Below, in pieces: positions 46,226 through 62,453 of a stretch of DNA of 64,000 nt. The first letter of the stretch is position 1; the number at the start of each line of letters is the position of its first letter. The translations under genes and the position numbers were made by a program. The stretch is from Eledone cirrhosa (lineage: Eukaryota): NCBI GenBank assembly GCA_964016885.1, contig OZ024745.1, forward strand, positions 129,146,001-129,210,000, read 5' to 3'. The notes beneath the pieces were generated by a model. It was not told the DNA's origin. It saw only the letters and a program-made list of their open reading frames with translations, and made no database searches.

Positions 46226-47404
46226 GGCGACGATGACTACTACAAATGACTTCCCAGAAGTCTTAGGTCCGCCGTATCTTTCGTTTGCACTATACCTCAT
46301 AATTCCACTGAATAGGTTACACACACACACACACACACCACACAGAAACACACACACACACACGCACACACCACACAGAAACACACACACACACGCACAC
46401 ACCACACAGAAACACACACACACACGCACACACCACACAGGAACACATCACACACACACACACACACACACACGCGCGCGCGCGCGGGCGCACACACCAC
46501 ACAGAAACACAAATATACACACTGAAAACACAGAAATGCATTGATTACATACCTACAGACAGACATTTTAGTTTTTCTATATACAGATATGAATTACTAC
46601 TATATGTGTATTTAGTACACAGAAGACGTTCTGATGTATTTTCTGTCAGTCTTATTGTGAATATTCTTAACCATTTACATTACATTACCAGTATTTATAT
46701 ATATATATAATTGTTTCTACATTTGGCCAGCAATTATCCCAGTATATTACTGGTACTTTATTTTATCGACCCCATAAGGATGAAAGGCAAAGTTAACCTC
46801 GGCGGGATTTGAACTCAGATCGTAAAGGGATGTAACTATGCTGGAAAGCATGTCCGACCCTTTACCGATACTGCCAATTCACAGCCCATTATATATATAT
46901 AATGATCATTAAATATTTTTCACTAAAGAGATACAACAAAAGTAAAATGCGTCCATTGTTATCATCAGTTGGATTTAAAGACAAAGTCCTTTCTTAATTG
47001 AACAGACAACCATTTTTACTCAGTTAATATTATGGGAGACATTCTAATTACAGTTTGTTATACTTCTTGTGAGAAATTTTGTCTTCTAATTGCAAGTTTA
47101 ATGGCAGTTAATAGAAATATTTGTATTACATATGTGGCACTCTACATATCTATATTAAGCAAACACAATGCTTCCCCACGGCATGACCTCTCCTTTTATT
47201 GTTAAAACATTTGCGATCCTATACCAATTTGATATCCCAATTTAATAGTTCATTAAAAAAATCTCCACGTGCGGCGGATGACGTTGCTTTTTACCGCATA
47301 TTATTCTGAATAGCTGTTCTCGACATTAAATTTAGCCTAAAATAAATTATATCATCTGTTTTATATAACAACACTGAAGTTTTATACAGCATTTCACTGT
47401 CATC

Positions 47405-47820
47405 ACTAACAACAGCAGCAGTAACAACATCGATGACAACAACAGTAACAGCAACAGCAGCAGTAACAACAGCAACAACAGCAACAACAACAGCAGTAGC
47501 AACAGCAACAACAACAACAGCAGCAGTAACAACATCGATGACAACAACAGTAACAGTAACAGCAACAGCAGCAGTAACAACAGCAACAACAACAATACAA
47601 CAGCAGTAGCAACAACAACAACAACAACAACAGCAGTAGCAACAACAACAACAACAACAACAGCAGCAGCAGCAACAGTAACAACATCGATGACAACAAC
47701 AACAACAGTAACAGCAGTAGCAACAGCAGCAACAACAACAACAGCAGCAGTAACAACATCGATGACAACAACAGCAACAGCAGCAGTAACAACATCAGCA
47801 ACAACAACAACAACAACAGT

Positions 47821-47860
<40 letters not shown>

Positions 47861-47975
47861 GCAGCAACAGCAGCAGCAAAATCGATGACAACAATAGTAA
47901 CAGTAACAGCAACAGCAGCAGTAACAACAGCAACAGCAACAACAACAACAACAACTACAACAACAACAACAATAA

Positions 47976-48031
<56 letters not shown>

Positions 48032-48259
48032 GTAACAACAACAACAACAACAACAACAAAAACAGCAACAACAACAACAACAACAGCAACAACAACAACA
48101 ACAACACCCACAACAACAACAACAACCACAACAGCAGCAACAACAACAACAACAGCTACAACAACAACAACCACAACAACAACAACAACAACAGCGGCTA
48201 CAACAACAACAGCAACAACAACAGCTACAACAACAGCAACAATAACAACAACAACAGCT

Positions 48260-48292
<33 letters not shown>

Positions 48293-48325
48293 GTAACAAC
48301 AACAACAACAACAGCAACATAAACA
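47405..48325. repeat. Compound (AAC/AGC)n microsatellite with higher-order aacatcgatgac units
   Basis: Directly visible. Confidence 0.9.
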
Positions 48326-48555
48326 ATAATAATGGTTTCTTATATAGGCACAAGGCCAGCAATTTGAGGGGAGGGGACGACCCCAGTGATAATCGTTTCT
48401 ACTGTTAGCACAAGGCCAGCAATAAGCCAGTGTATTACTGGTACTTTATTTTATCGACCACGTAAGGATGAAAGGCAAAGTTAACCTCGGCGGGATTTGA
48501 ACTCAGAATGGCAAGGGCCGTAACTCTATGTTATTTTATCGACCCCAGTAATAAT

Positions 48556-48865
48556 GATTTCATTTATTGGCCACAAGGGCCGACATATAGGGGACAATAC
48601 AGATAAATTGAGTAAACAATATGAATAACAATAACAAAGTAACAATAAAAATACAACAAAAATTCCCCAATAGGGGGGGATGTCCACCCAGGGTACGCTC
48701 AGGTACCCCACCAATCCTGAACGACCCGACGCTTTGAGAGCACCCTCGAAGGGCACCCCTCTCCTCCTCAAATTTACCCACCTACAGTTGCATGACCAGA
48801 GTAGGCCCACAATCACCCACCTTCAGTAAATGTAGTGGGGGGCAACTCTTCTCTCTCCACCCTGA
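48556..48865 (-). mobile_element. Tx1/L1-like LINE 3' fragment with 16-bp target-site duplication
   Basis: cgaccccagtaataat at 48540-48555 and 48866-48881. The 3' end reads cccttgtggccaataaatgaaatc, with a RVEREEL..F..RW-like relic. Confidence 0.65.
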
Positions 48866-49004
48866 CGACCCCAGTAATAATAACAGAAAGAATACTTTGA
48901 AAGGCGCCAGTCATAAAAATACAACAGTGAAAATACCAAAGACATCATTGGCATTGTCGTCATCACCCGTTACCTCATCCTTACCACCCTCCTCTACTAT
49001 CGTC

Positions 49005-49882
<878 letters not shown>

Positions 49883-50034
49883 AGTATCAGTTTAAAGCAA
49901 GAAAAGGAGGGAAATCATGAACCGCCGAAGTTGCAGATTATCTGATAAACAGAGTTGCATAGTTCTCAATTTAGCTGTGATATAGCAACAGCTCTAGTTG
50001 ATTACTTCTGCAGTTGCACAGCTGCGTGTTATAC

Positions 50035-50473
50035 AACGTATACACGTATACACGTATACATGTATACACATATACACGTATACACCTATACATGTATACA
50101 CATATACACGTATACACCTATACATGTATACACATATACACGTATACACGTATACACATATACACGTATACACCTATACACATATACACGTATACACGTA
50201 TACACGTATACACGTATACACGTATACATGTATACACATATACACGTATACACCTATACATGTATACACATATACACGTATACACCTATACACGTATACA
50301 CCTATACACATATACACGTATACACATATACACGTATACACGTATACACGTATACATGTATACACATATACACGTATGCACGTATACACATATACACGTA
50401 TGTACGTATACACGTATACATGTATACACATATACACGTATGTACGTATACACGTATACACGTATGCACGTAT
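50035..50473. repeat. 8/10-bp satellite (tatacacg / tatacacata variants)
   Basis: Directly visible. Confidence 0.9.
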
Positions 50474-52016
50474 AAAGACAACTTAGCGGTTGGAGCTTCC
50501 TGGATAGTTTATATATATATATATATGTTCGTTGTTGAAACTTTTTTGCGCCTATTTGCAGTACTCCCTCTCAGTTTTTTATACACTTACACACGTGTTT
50601 ATATGTTTATGGATATAAACATATAATCCGTATATCTTTATAATTTGAGCTCTCTGATACCGCAATTATTCATATTTATTTTATTTTATACGTGTTTTAT
50701 TTATTCAAACGAAGCTCTGTATGTTGATGCTGAAAACATCAAGTATGCCAAAGAAAAGCAATATTGCTGGATTTATAAAGATTGGTGTTACTGTATTTCC
50801 GGATCTGTTTTTCATGTCTACACTTATATATAATACAGCATGTTTTATGTGTAATGTTTAATGCATCTGTTACGAGATTTTTGCTGTTATTTTAACATCA
50901 TGTGTTGTGTAGGCTTAAGCTATCACCTTGTTTAATACCATCATCTGGCTTATTGGTGTGATAGTCGGATTCACCTTTGGTCTGAGGATTACATTCCATT
51001 TTCTTCTTATCATATTGAAGGGTTTGAAAAATGAACATGCGCGTTACCATTTCTCTTCTCACTAAGCTATAGAAAAAATTGTGATGTTGTTTGGAAGAAT
51101 CGGTTGAACATCTAACTTAGACATAGATCAGCCCTATCTGAGAATATCTATAATCAAAGATGTATTTTTATATATGAAAGACTAAAATATCCAATATGTC
51201 CTTTAATTTTGTTGTTTTTGCTTAACGCCCAAATTAGCCTTGATAGGAGAGGTCCTTGATTAAGGATATTCTGTGACCATATCTTTCTCTACGTACAGGA
51301 AACCCTGAAGTACATCGCCCAGCGTGTTATTTTTGAAACGGTAAGGCGTGATTCGAAGAGATTTAGCTACTATTTCTTGCTGGTCAAGTGACTACGTAGA
51401 GGTTGCTTCCCTTTATGAGAGGTGTTAGTGTGTGATTTGATGGAAATTTACTGCAATGTCTAATAGGTTGAGCTATCGTGTTGGGGTTGCCTCGTTGGTT
51501 GATTTGCGTTATGGTATCAAATTACACCACAGGGGACTCATTCTACTGGGGTTAATACATAAAATACCAATTAAGATTTAGAGATGATTCTAATGACTGT
51601 ACTGTCCGAGTAGAACATCTGGCGTCTTAACCTTATTAGAAATGGTTATAACTGTAGAATTTGAGTTTCATAGATGGCAAGATATGTAGAGTTGTATTTG
51701 GTTATTTCTTTACATATTACTGTTTCAATTCCTGTCAGTCTCCTGGATTTCTTCCTTCCGTAACACCCCACCCCACTGGAAATATGACTCACGTATGGCT
51801 ATGTGGGTAAGACGTTCAGATCGCAACTATGTAATTCCTTAGTCGATGCAAGTAAATTGTAATTTGGTTGTATGGTTTCTTCTAAAACCTCTTTATCACA
51901 AATACCTTGTGATTAGAAATTGGTAGACGGATACTGGTGAGACACATCGTTACCTTCTTAATATATAGAAGTCAATGTATGTATGTATATATGTATTAAT
52001 GTATATATATTTATGT

Positions 52017-54085
52017 TATCTCTTTCTCTTAATTTCGAGTATATTTTTTGACCGGCCACCTTCCTGGTGGCAAGGTTGTAAAAGAAAAGAAATTGTCATC
52101 CCTTGAATCGCAAGAATGTTTTGCAAATGTTGAAGGTGCCAGCTATCGCAGCCATTTGTAGACTATGAATTAGGGAGCTGCGCTCTTTGTCCGCAAATCC
52201 AAGTTCAGTCATACTTTGGTCCAAGCGGGTTGGTAATAACCCGTAGCTCCAATAATGATGGGTATGAAGTTAAAGGTGTATCTTCGATACTGGATTTGTA
52301 AACTCCTCATCAATGGTCCGTAGATGTCCTCCTTCTCCTGTATTTTTCTGACAACGTTTACATCAAGTGGGCAGCTGATCTCCACAACAGAAGACGTTTT
52401 CAATGTGTGGTCCCAAACTACAATATCAGACCGGCTGTACTTTAATTTGGTGGCAGTTTTTATTTTCAGGTTTCACCAGTATTCCTTAGTGCTATCTGTC
52501 TCAATATATTCTTCATCGTTTGTTGTTAATTTTGTGTTCCGAAGTGCGTTCCAGATGGTTCTAGCTATCCCATCGTGTCTCATGGGGAGGTAGTAGCGAG
52601 ATGACATTCTTTCGCAGCTGGCAACAATGTGGCTTACATCTTCGATCTTTGTTTTACATAGCCTAAATTTATTGTCAGCTGATAGCCCTCCTCTTTTGTG
52701 CAGCAGATATTTGGTAGGGAGTTCTTGTTCCTGTATTGCATAGAGATATCCCTCAAGGTGTGATGTCATAAACTTGTCGGAACTCCATGCCAGGCTTTTT
52801 GAGTGGTTTATCCACTCTGTTTTACGTCTGTGTTTGTCTGTGTTTTACGTCTCAAGTATCCATGCACAACTTTTTCTGTAAATTGGTCAATTTTTTCATC
52901 TTGTTTGAACGTTGAATAGGATCTTCCGATTTCTCTGGGTGAGAGATTTATATCAGGCTTTATTCCATATCTCTCCTCCAGATCAGTGGCTATTCTAATG
53001 ATATTTTTTTTTCATGCTCATAAACCAGGGCAATATGGTTGCCAACCTTTTTCCTCTGTTGAAGATGTTGCTTCAGTGTTACTATTCGGGTCTCATATGA
53101 TGTTAATATGGATTTTAGACCCCGGTCATCTTCCTTGCGTGAGAAGTATAGCCTATCCACATCACCATTGATGTTAAAGTTCCCAGTAACACTGAGAAGT
53201 TTGCGAGTTCTAACATCCATCTCACTTAGTTCTTGCAATGACCAGTTCAGCAGACCAAATGTTGGCGTTAGAATTGGCACAGCATAAGTATTGTTGGCAA
53301 TATATTTGTTGTACGCTGACAGTTCTGATGACCATATTTTCTTTACTCTTCTGAGGTATTCAGTTCTGGTTCTCTCCTCATTTATGGGTCTATCATATCT
53401 GACATTCTCATCCTGTCCAAGATATCTGTAGTTGTCACCTGACTGTAGAGGTTGTATTGTCAGGCCTTTCATCTCTAGATTTCTAGAGGAGGGTACAGCT
53501 CTTCCACGTTTTACTGCAAATATGCACACTTGGACTCACCAAATTTCATTTTGATGTCTGTTGAAAATTGTGTAATGAGGTCCAATTGTTTCTTGATGTC
53601 ATTGATATTTGGCCCATACAACTTCAGGTCATCAACAAAGAAAAGATGGGAGATACTTCTGGACCCACTTCTTTGTCCACCTTGTTTCCTGAGTAACTAA
53701 GATAGTGGATTTAGTGAGAGAACGAGAGTAGCACTGACAAGCTATCACCCTGAAAGATGCCCTTCTGGTAATGTATCCTATCAGTCTTAACTTGCTCCTT
53801 CTCACCTCTAAGGATCAAATTGGTGTACCAGTTTTAGGTCAGACGTTCAACAGCAGCTACCAGTGGTTGTGGGACTTTGGCTAACTGTAAAGCCTTAACA
53901 ATCCACCCATGAGTTACACTATCAAATGCTTTTTGATAGTCCAGCCACACCACAGTCATGTTTCTGCGATTTTTTGTTGTTTGAATCATTTTATTAGTTA
54001 GTAGGTGATCTATGCAACCCCACACCTCCCTCTTTCCATCAGCTTGCTCAGGTGTTATGATGTTGTTGGTAGCACAGTGATCCTG
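52017..54085 (-). mobile_element. R4/Dong-like non-LTR retrotransposon (RT + CCHC + restriction-like endonuclease), decayed and 5'-truncated
   Basis: Fragments WLDYQKAFDSVTHGW, GIFQGDSLSV, ISHLFFVDDLKLYG, YRYLGQDE, RLCKTKIEDVSHIVASC, RHDGIART and DIVVWDH..VVEISCP, with many stops and frameshifts. Both ends border (TACA)-like repeats. Confidence 0.88.
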
Positions 54086-54110
54086 TGTATGTATATATGT
54101 ATGTATGTAT

Positions 54111-54558
54111 GTTCTTCGGGTTTTATAATTTCACAAATGTTTACCAATAGAGAGAGACGGTTTCTAACAGACACAAGACTCTCTCATTGGAATTTACACA
54201 TCATCAACTAGGTAGATATGTATGTATGCATGTGTAGATATGGATGTTATTGTATGTGTGGATGTGTATGTTTTGAGTTGTATGTGTGCATGTGTATATG
54301 CTTTGTATCTGTACATGTGTATATGCAGTTATTAGTTGCAACATTTTTGGAATGTTTTACATATTTTTACTGTTCCATTAATGGATTGTACTTGTAATTT
54401 CCTAACTAGTTGTGTTCTTTCTGTTCCTGTGAAGCCAGGCTTCTTAAGATTTGTATTGAGGCAGTTACTAACATAACCCAGTGCCCCAATAATCACAGGC
54501 ATAAATCTGAAGGTGTAATCAGGGTGGAGTATCTGCAGATTTCTCATCAGTTCTGCAT
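54111..54558 (-). mobile_element. R4/Dong-like element 3' fragment (second subfamily)
   Basis: LQILHPDYTFRFMPVIIGALG..LQVQSINGTVKICKTFQK plus 3' UTR, homologous to the C-terminus of the adjacent element and flanked by (ATGT)n. Confidence 0.8.
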
Positions 54559-55002
54559 AAGTATGTATGTATGTATGTATGTATGTATGTATGTATGTAT
54601 GTATGTATGTATGTATGTATGTAGAACCCCTAGCCTTTATCAGGGCATTTTTCTAGGAGAAGGCAACTCAGGAAACTGGGATAACTCCAACATAAAACCT
54701 GCGGCTCAGTAGTTACCGATTATCCTGATCTTTTCTTCTTTTGGGGTTATAGCTACTGTCGCTCAGAGAGTGGGATTGGCTCAGTGCACAGTGGTGGGAA
54801 TTAATGTGATTTTTGGTGGGTGGGGTAGGGGTCGGGGTTAGCTGTGGTCGCGGTAACGTTGATAGTTGTGATATTTGTTTTGGTTGTGGTGCTGCTAGAT
54901 GTAATATTTGAAGTGGTGGTGTTGTTGTTGTTGTTGTTGTTGTTGCTGCTGTTGTAGTTGTTGTTGTTGTTGTTGTTGTTGTTGCTGTTGTAGTTGTTGT
55001 AG

Positions 55003-55073
<71 letters not shown>

Positions 55074-55204
55074 GGTGGTGGTGTTGGTGGTGTTGCTAGA
55101 TGTAATATTTGAAGTGGTGGTGTTGCTGTTGTTATAGTTGTTGTTGTGGTGGTGGTGATGGTGGTGGTGGTATTGGTGTTGTTGTAGTTGCTGTTGTTGT
55201 TGTT

Positions 55205-57003
55205 GGTGGTGGTGGTGGTCGCCGTGGTGCTTGTAATAGTGGTGGTGGTGGTGGTCGCCGTGGTGCTTGTCATAGTGGTGGTGGTGGTGGTCACCGTGGT
55301 GCTTGTCATAGTGGTGGTGGTGGTGGTGGTCGCCGTGGTGCTTGTCATAGTGGTGGTGGTGGTGGTCGCCGTGGTGCTCGTCATAGTGGTGGTGGTGGTG
55401 GTGGTCGCCGTGGTGTTGTCATAGTGGTGGTGGTGGTGGTCGCCGTGGTGCTTGTCATAGTGGTGGTGGTGGTCGCCGTGGTGCTTGTCATAGTGGTGGT
55501 GGTGGTGGTCGCCGTGGTGCTTGTCATAGTGGTGGTGGTCACCGTGGTGCTTGTCATAGTGGTGGTGGTGGTGGTCGCCGTGGTGTTGTCATAGTGGTGG
55601 TGGTGGTGGTCGCCGTGGTGTTGTCATAGTGGTGGTGGTGGTGGTGGTCGCCGTGGTGTTGTCATAGTGGTGGTGGTGGTGGTCGCCGTGGTGCTTGTCA
55701 TAGTGGTGGTGGTGGTGGTGGTCGCCGTGGTGTTGTCATAGTGGTGGTGGTGGTGGTCGCCGTGGTGTTGTCATAGTGGTGGTGGTGGTGGTGGTCGCCG
55801 TGGTGTTGTCAGTGGTGCTTGTCATAGTGGTGGTGGTGCTGGTGGTCGCCGTGGTGTTGTCATAGTGGTGGTGGTGGTCGCCGTGGTGCTTGTCATAGTG
55901 GTGGTGGTGGTGGTCGCCGTGGTGCTTGTCATAGTGGTGGTGGTGGTGGTGGTCGCCGTGGTGCTTGTCATAGTGGTGGTGGTGGTGGTCGCCGTGGTGC
56001 TTGTCATAGTGGTGGTGGTGCTGGTGGTCGCCGTGGTGCTTGTCATAGTGGTGGTGGTGGTGGTGGTCGCCGTGGTGCTTGTCATAGTGGTGGTGGTGGT
56101 GGTCGCCGTGGTGCTTGTCATAGTGGTGGTGGTGCTGGTGGTCGCCGTGGTGCTTGTCATAGTGGTGGTGGTGGTGGTGGTCGCCGTGGTGCTTGTCATA
56201 GTGGTGGTGGTGGTCGCCGTGGTGCTTGTCATAGTGGTGGTGCTGGTGGTCGCCGTGGTGCTTGTCATAGTGGTGGTGGTGGTCGCCGTGGTGTTGTCAT
56301 AGTGGTGGTGGTGGTGGTCGCCGTGGTGCTTGTCATAGTGGTGGTGGTGCTGGTGGTCGCCGTGGTGCTTGTCATAGTGGTGGTGGTGCTGGTGGTCGCC
56401 GTGGTGCTTGTCATAGTGGTGGTGGTGGTGGTGGTCACCGTGGTGTTGTCATAGTGGTGGTGGTGGTGGTGGTCGCCGTGGTGCTTGTCATAGTGGTGGT
56501 GGTGCTGGTGGTCGCCGTGGTGTTGTCATAGTGGTGGTGGTGCTGGTGGTCGCCGTGGTGCTTGTCATAGTGGTGGTGGTGCTGGTGGTCGCCGTGGTGT
56601 TGTCATAGTGGTGGTGGTGGTGGTCACCGTGGTGTTGTCATAGTGGTGGTGGTGGTGGTGGTCGCCGTGGTGTTGTCATAGTGGTGGTGGTGCTGGTGGT
56701 CGCCGTGGTGCTTGTCATAGTGGTGGTGGTGCTGGTGGTCGCCGTGGTGTTGTCATAGTGGTGGTGGTGGTCGCCGTGGTGCTTGTCATAGTGGTGGTGG
56801 TGGTGGTCGCCGTGGTGCTTGTCATAGTGGTGGTGGTGGTGGTGGTCGCCGTGGTGCTTGTCATAGTGGTGGTGGTGGTGGTGGTCGCCGTGGTGCTTGT
56901 CATAGTGGTGGTGGTGGTGGTGGTCGCCGTGGTGCTTGTCATAGTGGTGGTGGTGGTGGTGGTGGTCGCCGTGGTGCTTGTCATAGTGGTGGTGGTGGTG
57001 GTG
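55205..57003. repeat. Minisatellite (gtg)n-gtcgccgtggtg(c)ttgtcata, roughly 50 units of 30-42 bp
   Basis: Directly visible; the (GTG)n length and the ctt/tt variant differ between units. Confidence 0.95.
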
Positions 57004-57284
57004 GGAGTGGAATCAAATGCAGAATTTAAGAAAAAAGAAAAAAGCCCCACAATTTGTTTTTTTAAATCTACAAAACACAATTATATGTTCAGAAAAGATC
57101 TCTGAAGTAAGGTTTAATATAAGACAACATTGTAGAAGGGACATTACTTTATGATGTCCCCTGCTGAGGGGAGGGGGCGGTGAATAGGGCGACAGACAGT
57201 TGTAAGGAACTGGGGCCAACATAATTTGAGATGTCTACAAGCACTAGAGAGTTGGTGTCAGTAATTGTGGTTGTGGTAGTGGTG

Positions 57285-57620
57285 GTGGTGGTGTTAGTGT
57301 GGATAGTGGATGTTTTGATAGTGGTGGTGGTAGTGGTGCTGGGGTTAGTGTGGGTAGTGGGGGTTTTGATAGTGGTGGTGGTGGTGGTGTTAGTGTGGAT
57401 AGTGGAGGTTTTGATAGTGGTGGTGGTAGTGGTGCTGGGGTTAGTGTGGGTAGTGGGGGTTTTGATAGTGGTGGTGGTGGTGGGGTTAGTGTGGGTAGTG
57501 GGGGTTTTGATAGTGGTGGTGGTAGTGGTGCTGGGGTTAGTGTGGGTAGTGGGGGTTTTGATAGTGGTGGTGGTGGTGGGGTTAGTGTGGGTAGTGGGGG
57601 TTTTGATAGTGGTGGTGGTG
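57285..57620. repeat. G-rich minisatellite (39-45 bp) ggggttagtgtgggtagtgggggttttgatagtggtggt
   Basis: About eight units, directly visible. Confidence 0.9.
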
Positions 57621-60462
57621 GTGGTGGGGGTGGGGTTGGGGGTGCTTGTAGTTGTGGTTTTTGATAGAGGAGGTGTGGTGGTGGTTGAGTTGGTAGTTGT
57701 GGTGGTAGTGTGGTGGTGGTGGTGGTGGTTGTGAGGATGGTGGTAGTGGTGTCATGGTGGTGGTTTTGAGGGTGGTGGTAGGGGTGTTCGTCATGGTGGT
57801 TGTGGTGGTGGTGTGGTGGTGGTGTGGCGGTGGTGGTTGTGGTGGTGGTGCGACGGTGATGGTTGTGGTGGTGGTGTGGTGGTGGTAGTTGTGGTGGTGG
57901 TGTGATGGTCGTGGTTGTGGTGGTAGTGTGGTGGTGGTGGTTGTGTTGGTGGTGGCGGTGATTATGGTGGTGGCGGTGGTGGTTGTGAGGGTGGTGGTAG
58001 TGGTGGTGGTGTGGTGGTGGTGGTGGTTGTGGTGGTGGTGGTTGTGGTGGTGGTGGTTGTGATGGTGGTGGTGGTGGTGGTGGTGGTTGTGATGGTGGTT
58101 GTGATGATGGTGGTGGTGGTTGTGATGGTGGTGGTGGTGGAGGTGGTTGTGGTGGTGGTGGTAGTGGTTGGGGTTGTGATGGTGAGGAAATACAATGGCG
58201 TTGGTGTGCAGTTTTTAGTAGTGCTGTGGCTGGTATCAGACGATAATTATTTCTGCTTTTGGCACAAGGCCAGCAATTATCTCAGTGTATTACTGGTACT
58301 CTATTTTAATAAGTAAAATAATAAATATATATTTATTTATACATAATATATGTTATATTATTTTTTCATATATGAATTAACAATTTTATTTATTATATAT
58401 TATTTACAATTTGCATGTAGGCAGGTCTTTCTGGAAATAGGGTTGGGGTGCTGAGGGTATGACATGGCCGTGAGGGGGCAGTGGCCCAAAAGGTTTGAGA
58501 GCCACTGCTCTAAATGATAATGATACAAGGGAGAGTTGTGGTTTAGCCCCATGTTAACTCATTTCGAGTAGACCTGGTCAGAGACATTCCAACCAGTGGC
58601 GAACGGTAACCTGGAAAGCAGGGCACGCAGTCCAACCGCCATGACGAAAAGTGGGGCTGTGCAGCCTTACCCCCACCCCTCCACCCCAATTCCCTCTAAA
58701 TGACCCTCCCGGTCAAAGCCGCATGTAGTGTTATCTAGTGTGTGTGTGTTTGTGTGTAAGTGTGTGTGTGTTATCTTTTTATGTGTCTACGATTTAGCAA
58801 GCAGCCAAAATTCGGCTTGCTTTAACCGACGCAATTAATCAACTCAAGATTCTATAACGCATGCACTGCATGCACTGCATGCGTTGCACGCACGCACCCG
58901 CCATCACTTTCATTTTCTTCTCTATATCTCGTCCATTTCCCCCACCCCGTCTCTCTTTTTCTCTGTATGTTTGTCTCTTTCTCCTTTTGTATCTACTTGT
59001 TTGTATCTCTCGTTCACTCGTTCACTCTCCTTCTCTCTCCTTTTCACTAGATCCAATTCTCTCTCTCTCTCTCTCTTTCTCAGTCACTCCTCCCTCTCTC
59101 TCTATCACTAGCTCCTCCTCTCTCTCTTTCTCACTCCCCCTCTCTCTCGTTTTCACTAGATCCCATTCTCTCTCTCTTTCTCACTCACTCTACTTCTCTC
59201 TCTTTTTCACTAGCTCCCCCTCTCTCTCTTCCTCACTCGCTCCCTTTCTCTCTTTCTCACTCCCTCTCCTCTCTCTCTTTCACTCGCCCCGTCTCTTTAT
59301 CACTCACTCCTCTCTTTTTCACTTTCTCACTTCTACCCCTCTTTCTCACTCTCTCATCTCGCTCTCACTCTCCCCTCTCTCTGTCACTATCTCCCCTCTC
59401 TCAGTCACTATCTCCCCCCGTCCCCCAGCCCCCTCTCTCTCAGGTTTATCCAACTGTTGGCATTTCATTCCTTCACTGTTTACCTCTTTCAACTAATGTT
59501 ATTGTAGTTGTTGTTGTTGTTGTTAATGTTTTGTTTCATTTTATGGTGGGGTGTCGAGTTTGTCGTGTTAAAGTATTGTTGCTATTGTAGTAGAAGTGGT
59601 GGTGTTGGATGTGGTGATAGTAGTGGTAGTGGTGATAGTGGTGTCGGAATGGTGGCAGTGGTGTTGGAATGGTGGTAGTGGTGGTAGTGGTGGAAGTGGT
59701 GTTGGTAGTGGTAGTGGTGATAGTGGTGGTAGTGGTGATAGTGGTGTTGGTTTTGGTGATGGTGATGGTGTTGGTGTTGGAAGTGGTGACAGTGGTGTTA
59801 GTGGTGTTGGTGTGGTGATGGTGATGGTGTTGGTGTTGGAAGTGGTGACAGTGGTGTTAGTGGTGTTGGTGTTGGTGATGGTGATGGTGTTGGTGTTGGA
59901 AGTGGTGACAGTGGTGTTAGTGGTGTTGGTGTTGGTGATGGTGTTGGTGTTGGTGATAGTGGTGTTGGTGTTGGTGATGGTGTCGATGATGGTTTTTTGG
60001 TCTTGCGGTTGGAGTTGGGGTTGGTGTTGCTGTTGCTGTGTGGAAATGATGACGTTGGTGATAGTGGTGTTGATGATGGTGTTGATGTTGGTGTTGTATA
60101 ATGTGTCAGAAAGGATGTTTTCTTTTGTATATATTCACCTCACGGCCTTTAAATAAATCCATTGTCCCACTACAGTACAGCATACAAAAGTATATAAACA
60201 AGGGAGCAAAGAAATCAACAAAATAAATATATCAATGATTAAATAATTAAAGAAATACATAAATTTTATAGTTGCCCGTTAGTGATTTCAGCAGAGGTTG
60301 TCAATGTGTGTTTGTAATATATACGGACTGAGAGAGGAGGAGAGAGAGGGAGAGAGGGAGAGGAGAGAGGGAGGGAGAGAGAGAGGAGAAGGGGAGATAC
60401 AGAACAAGTGAAATGAATGAGTGCATATGATCATCATCGTCACCATCAACTGGATAATCCTC

Positions 60463-60493
<31 letters not shown>

Positions 60494-60850
60494 CTTCTTC
60501 TTCTTCTTCTTCTTCTTCTTCTTCTTCTTCTTCTTCTTCTTCTTCTTCTTCTTCTTCTTCTTCTTCTTCTTCTTCTTCTAATTGCACAAGAAACCAGGGT
60601 GAGAGCTCGGCTGAGATACAAAGATGTTAAACATATCATCAGGCGATTAAACAATAATTATTTCTACTTTTGGCACAAGGCCAGCAATTATCCCAATTAC
60701 TGGTACTATATTTTATCGACCTCACAGAATCATCAGATGATGAGAAACAGAGAAAGGAGTACTCAACACCAAAAATAGAGTTTTAATATTCATTATATTA
60801 AGGCTAAATAGTGAGTTTTCGCTGTTCATCACGGGGTCATCAGAAAAGTA

Positions 60851-60889
<39 letters not shown>

Positions 60890-61409
60890 GAAAAGTATAG
60901 AAATTGTTGTAGCAAGAAGCTAACAGTATTCCATAATATATAAGTGACTATAACGTCAAAATGGGAAAATAGTTAACATAAGATATGGGAAAAATAATTC
61001 AAACTCAATTCAAAAAGAATCAGGATATAGATTTATCCAACAGAATTTAGAGAATTCCAGGGAAAAATCAATAGTCTAAAGTACTCATCCTTCAATTTGG
61101 GACAACGTCAAATGCTCTGTATAGTCTTGAAAATACTATTTCACGAAAACTTTCAGTAGGGATGGTCACGGTTGGATTCCGTTCATCAGCAGAGCTCAAC
61201 ATGGTAACTAAGGTCTCACTGATTAATATGCCAAAAAGGGAATTTAAAAGCAGGCTAGTTTAACATCATGCGTGATTATGAAAAAAAAAAATATATATAT
61301 AGTTGGTGGTAGAACACTGGAAGGTAATATCCGTAGTGGTAGAGTACTCAGTCCATGGGACGAGTTACGTAGAAGTGGTTACACAACAGTTAGTTCACCA
61401 TACCGAGAA

Positions 61410-61862
<453 letters not shown>

Positions 61863-62349
61863 TAAATAGATAGATAGATCCGTATGTGGCTGACGGATGA
61901 GAAAAGGGAGTACTCAGTACCAAAATAGAGTTTTAATATTTATTTTGTTAAGGCTGAATAATGAGCCTTGTTACAAGGTCATCATGTAACATGCAACGGT
62001 TTTTATGGCAAGTAAACGGCGTATGGTGACAATATAAGTTAACCCTTTAGTAAAATTCGGAGTAGTGACTCTATCTACTTATAGATGTTTCCATACTTGG
62101 CTCCTAAACTCCACATAAGAGTATATAAGGGGAGGTGGTTGATGGTAATAGTAGTGACAATAGAAACTCTACTACTAAATACAGCGGAATATTAATATAA
62201 TTTGATGGACTGAAATAAACAGCGACTACTACGTTTACTGTAGTTACTTTACTGGAATAATCCACGTATTTCGCCGTGCATGACACTCTATACATACACA
62301 TATATGTAAACACACACGTACATACACCAAAACACACATACACACACAC

Positions 62350-62453
<104 letters not shown>

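Noticed and set aside
55205-57003. CRISPR-like repeat-spacer appearance (also 17470-18200)
   Set aside because: The spacers are simple repeats rather than unique sequence, the context is eukaryotic, and there are no cas genes.
54713-57080. Mucin-like MTSTTATTTT ORFs
   Set aside because: Minisatellite with frequent 1-nt indels that break the frame; no signal peptide or splice context.
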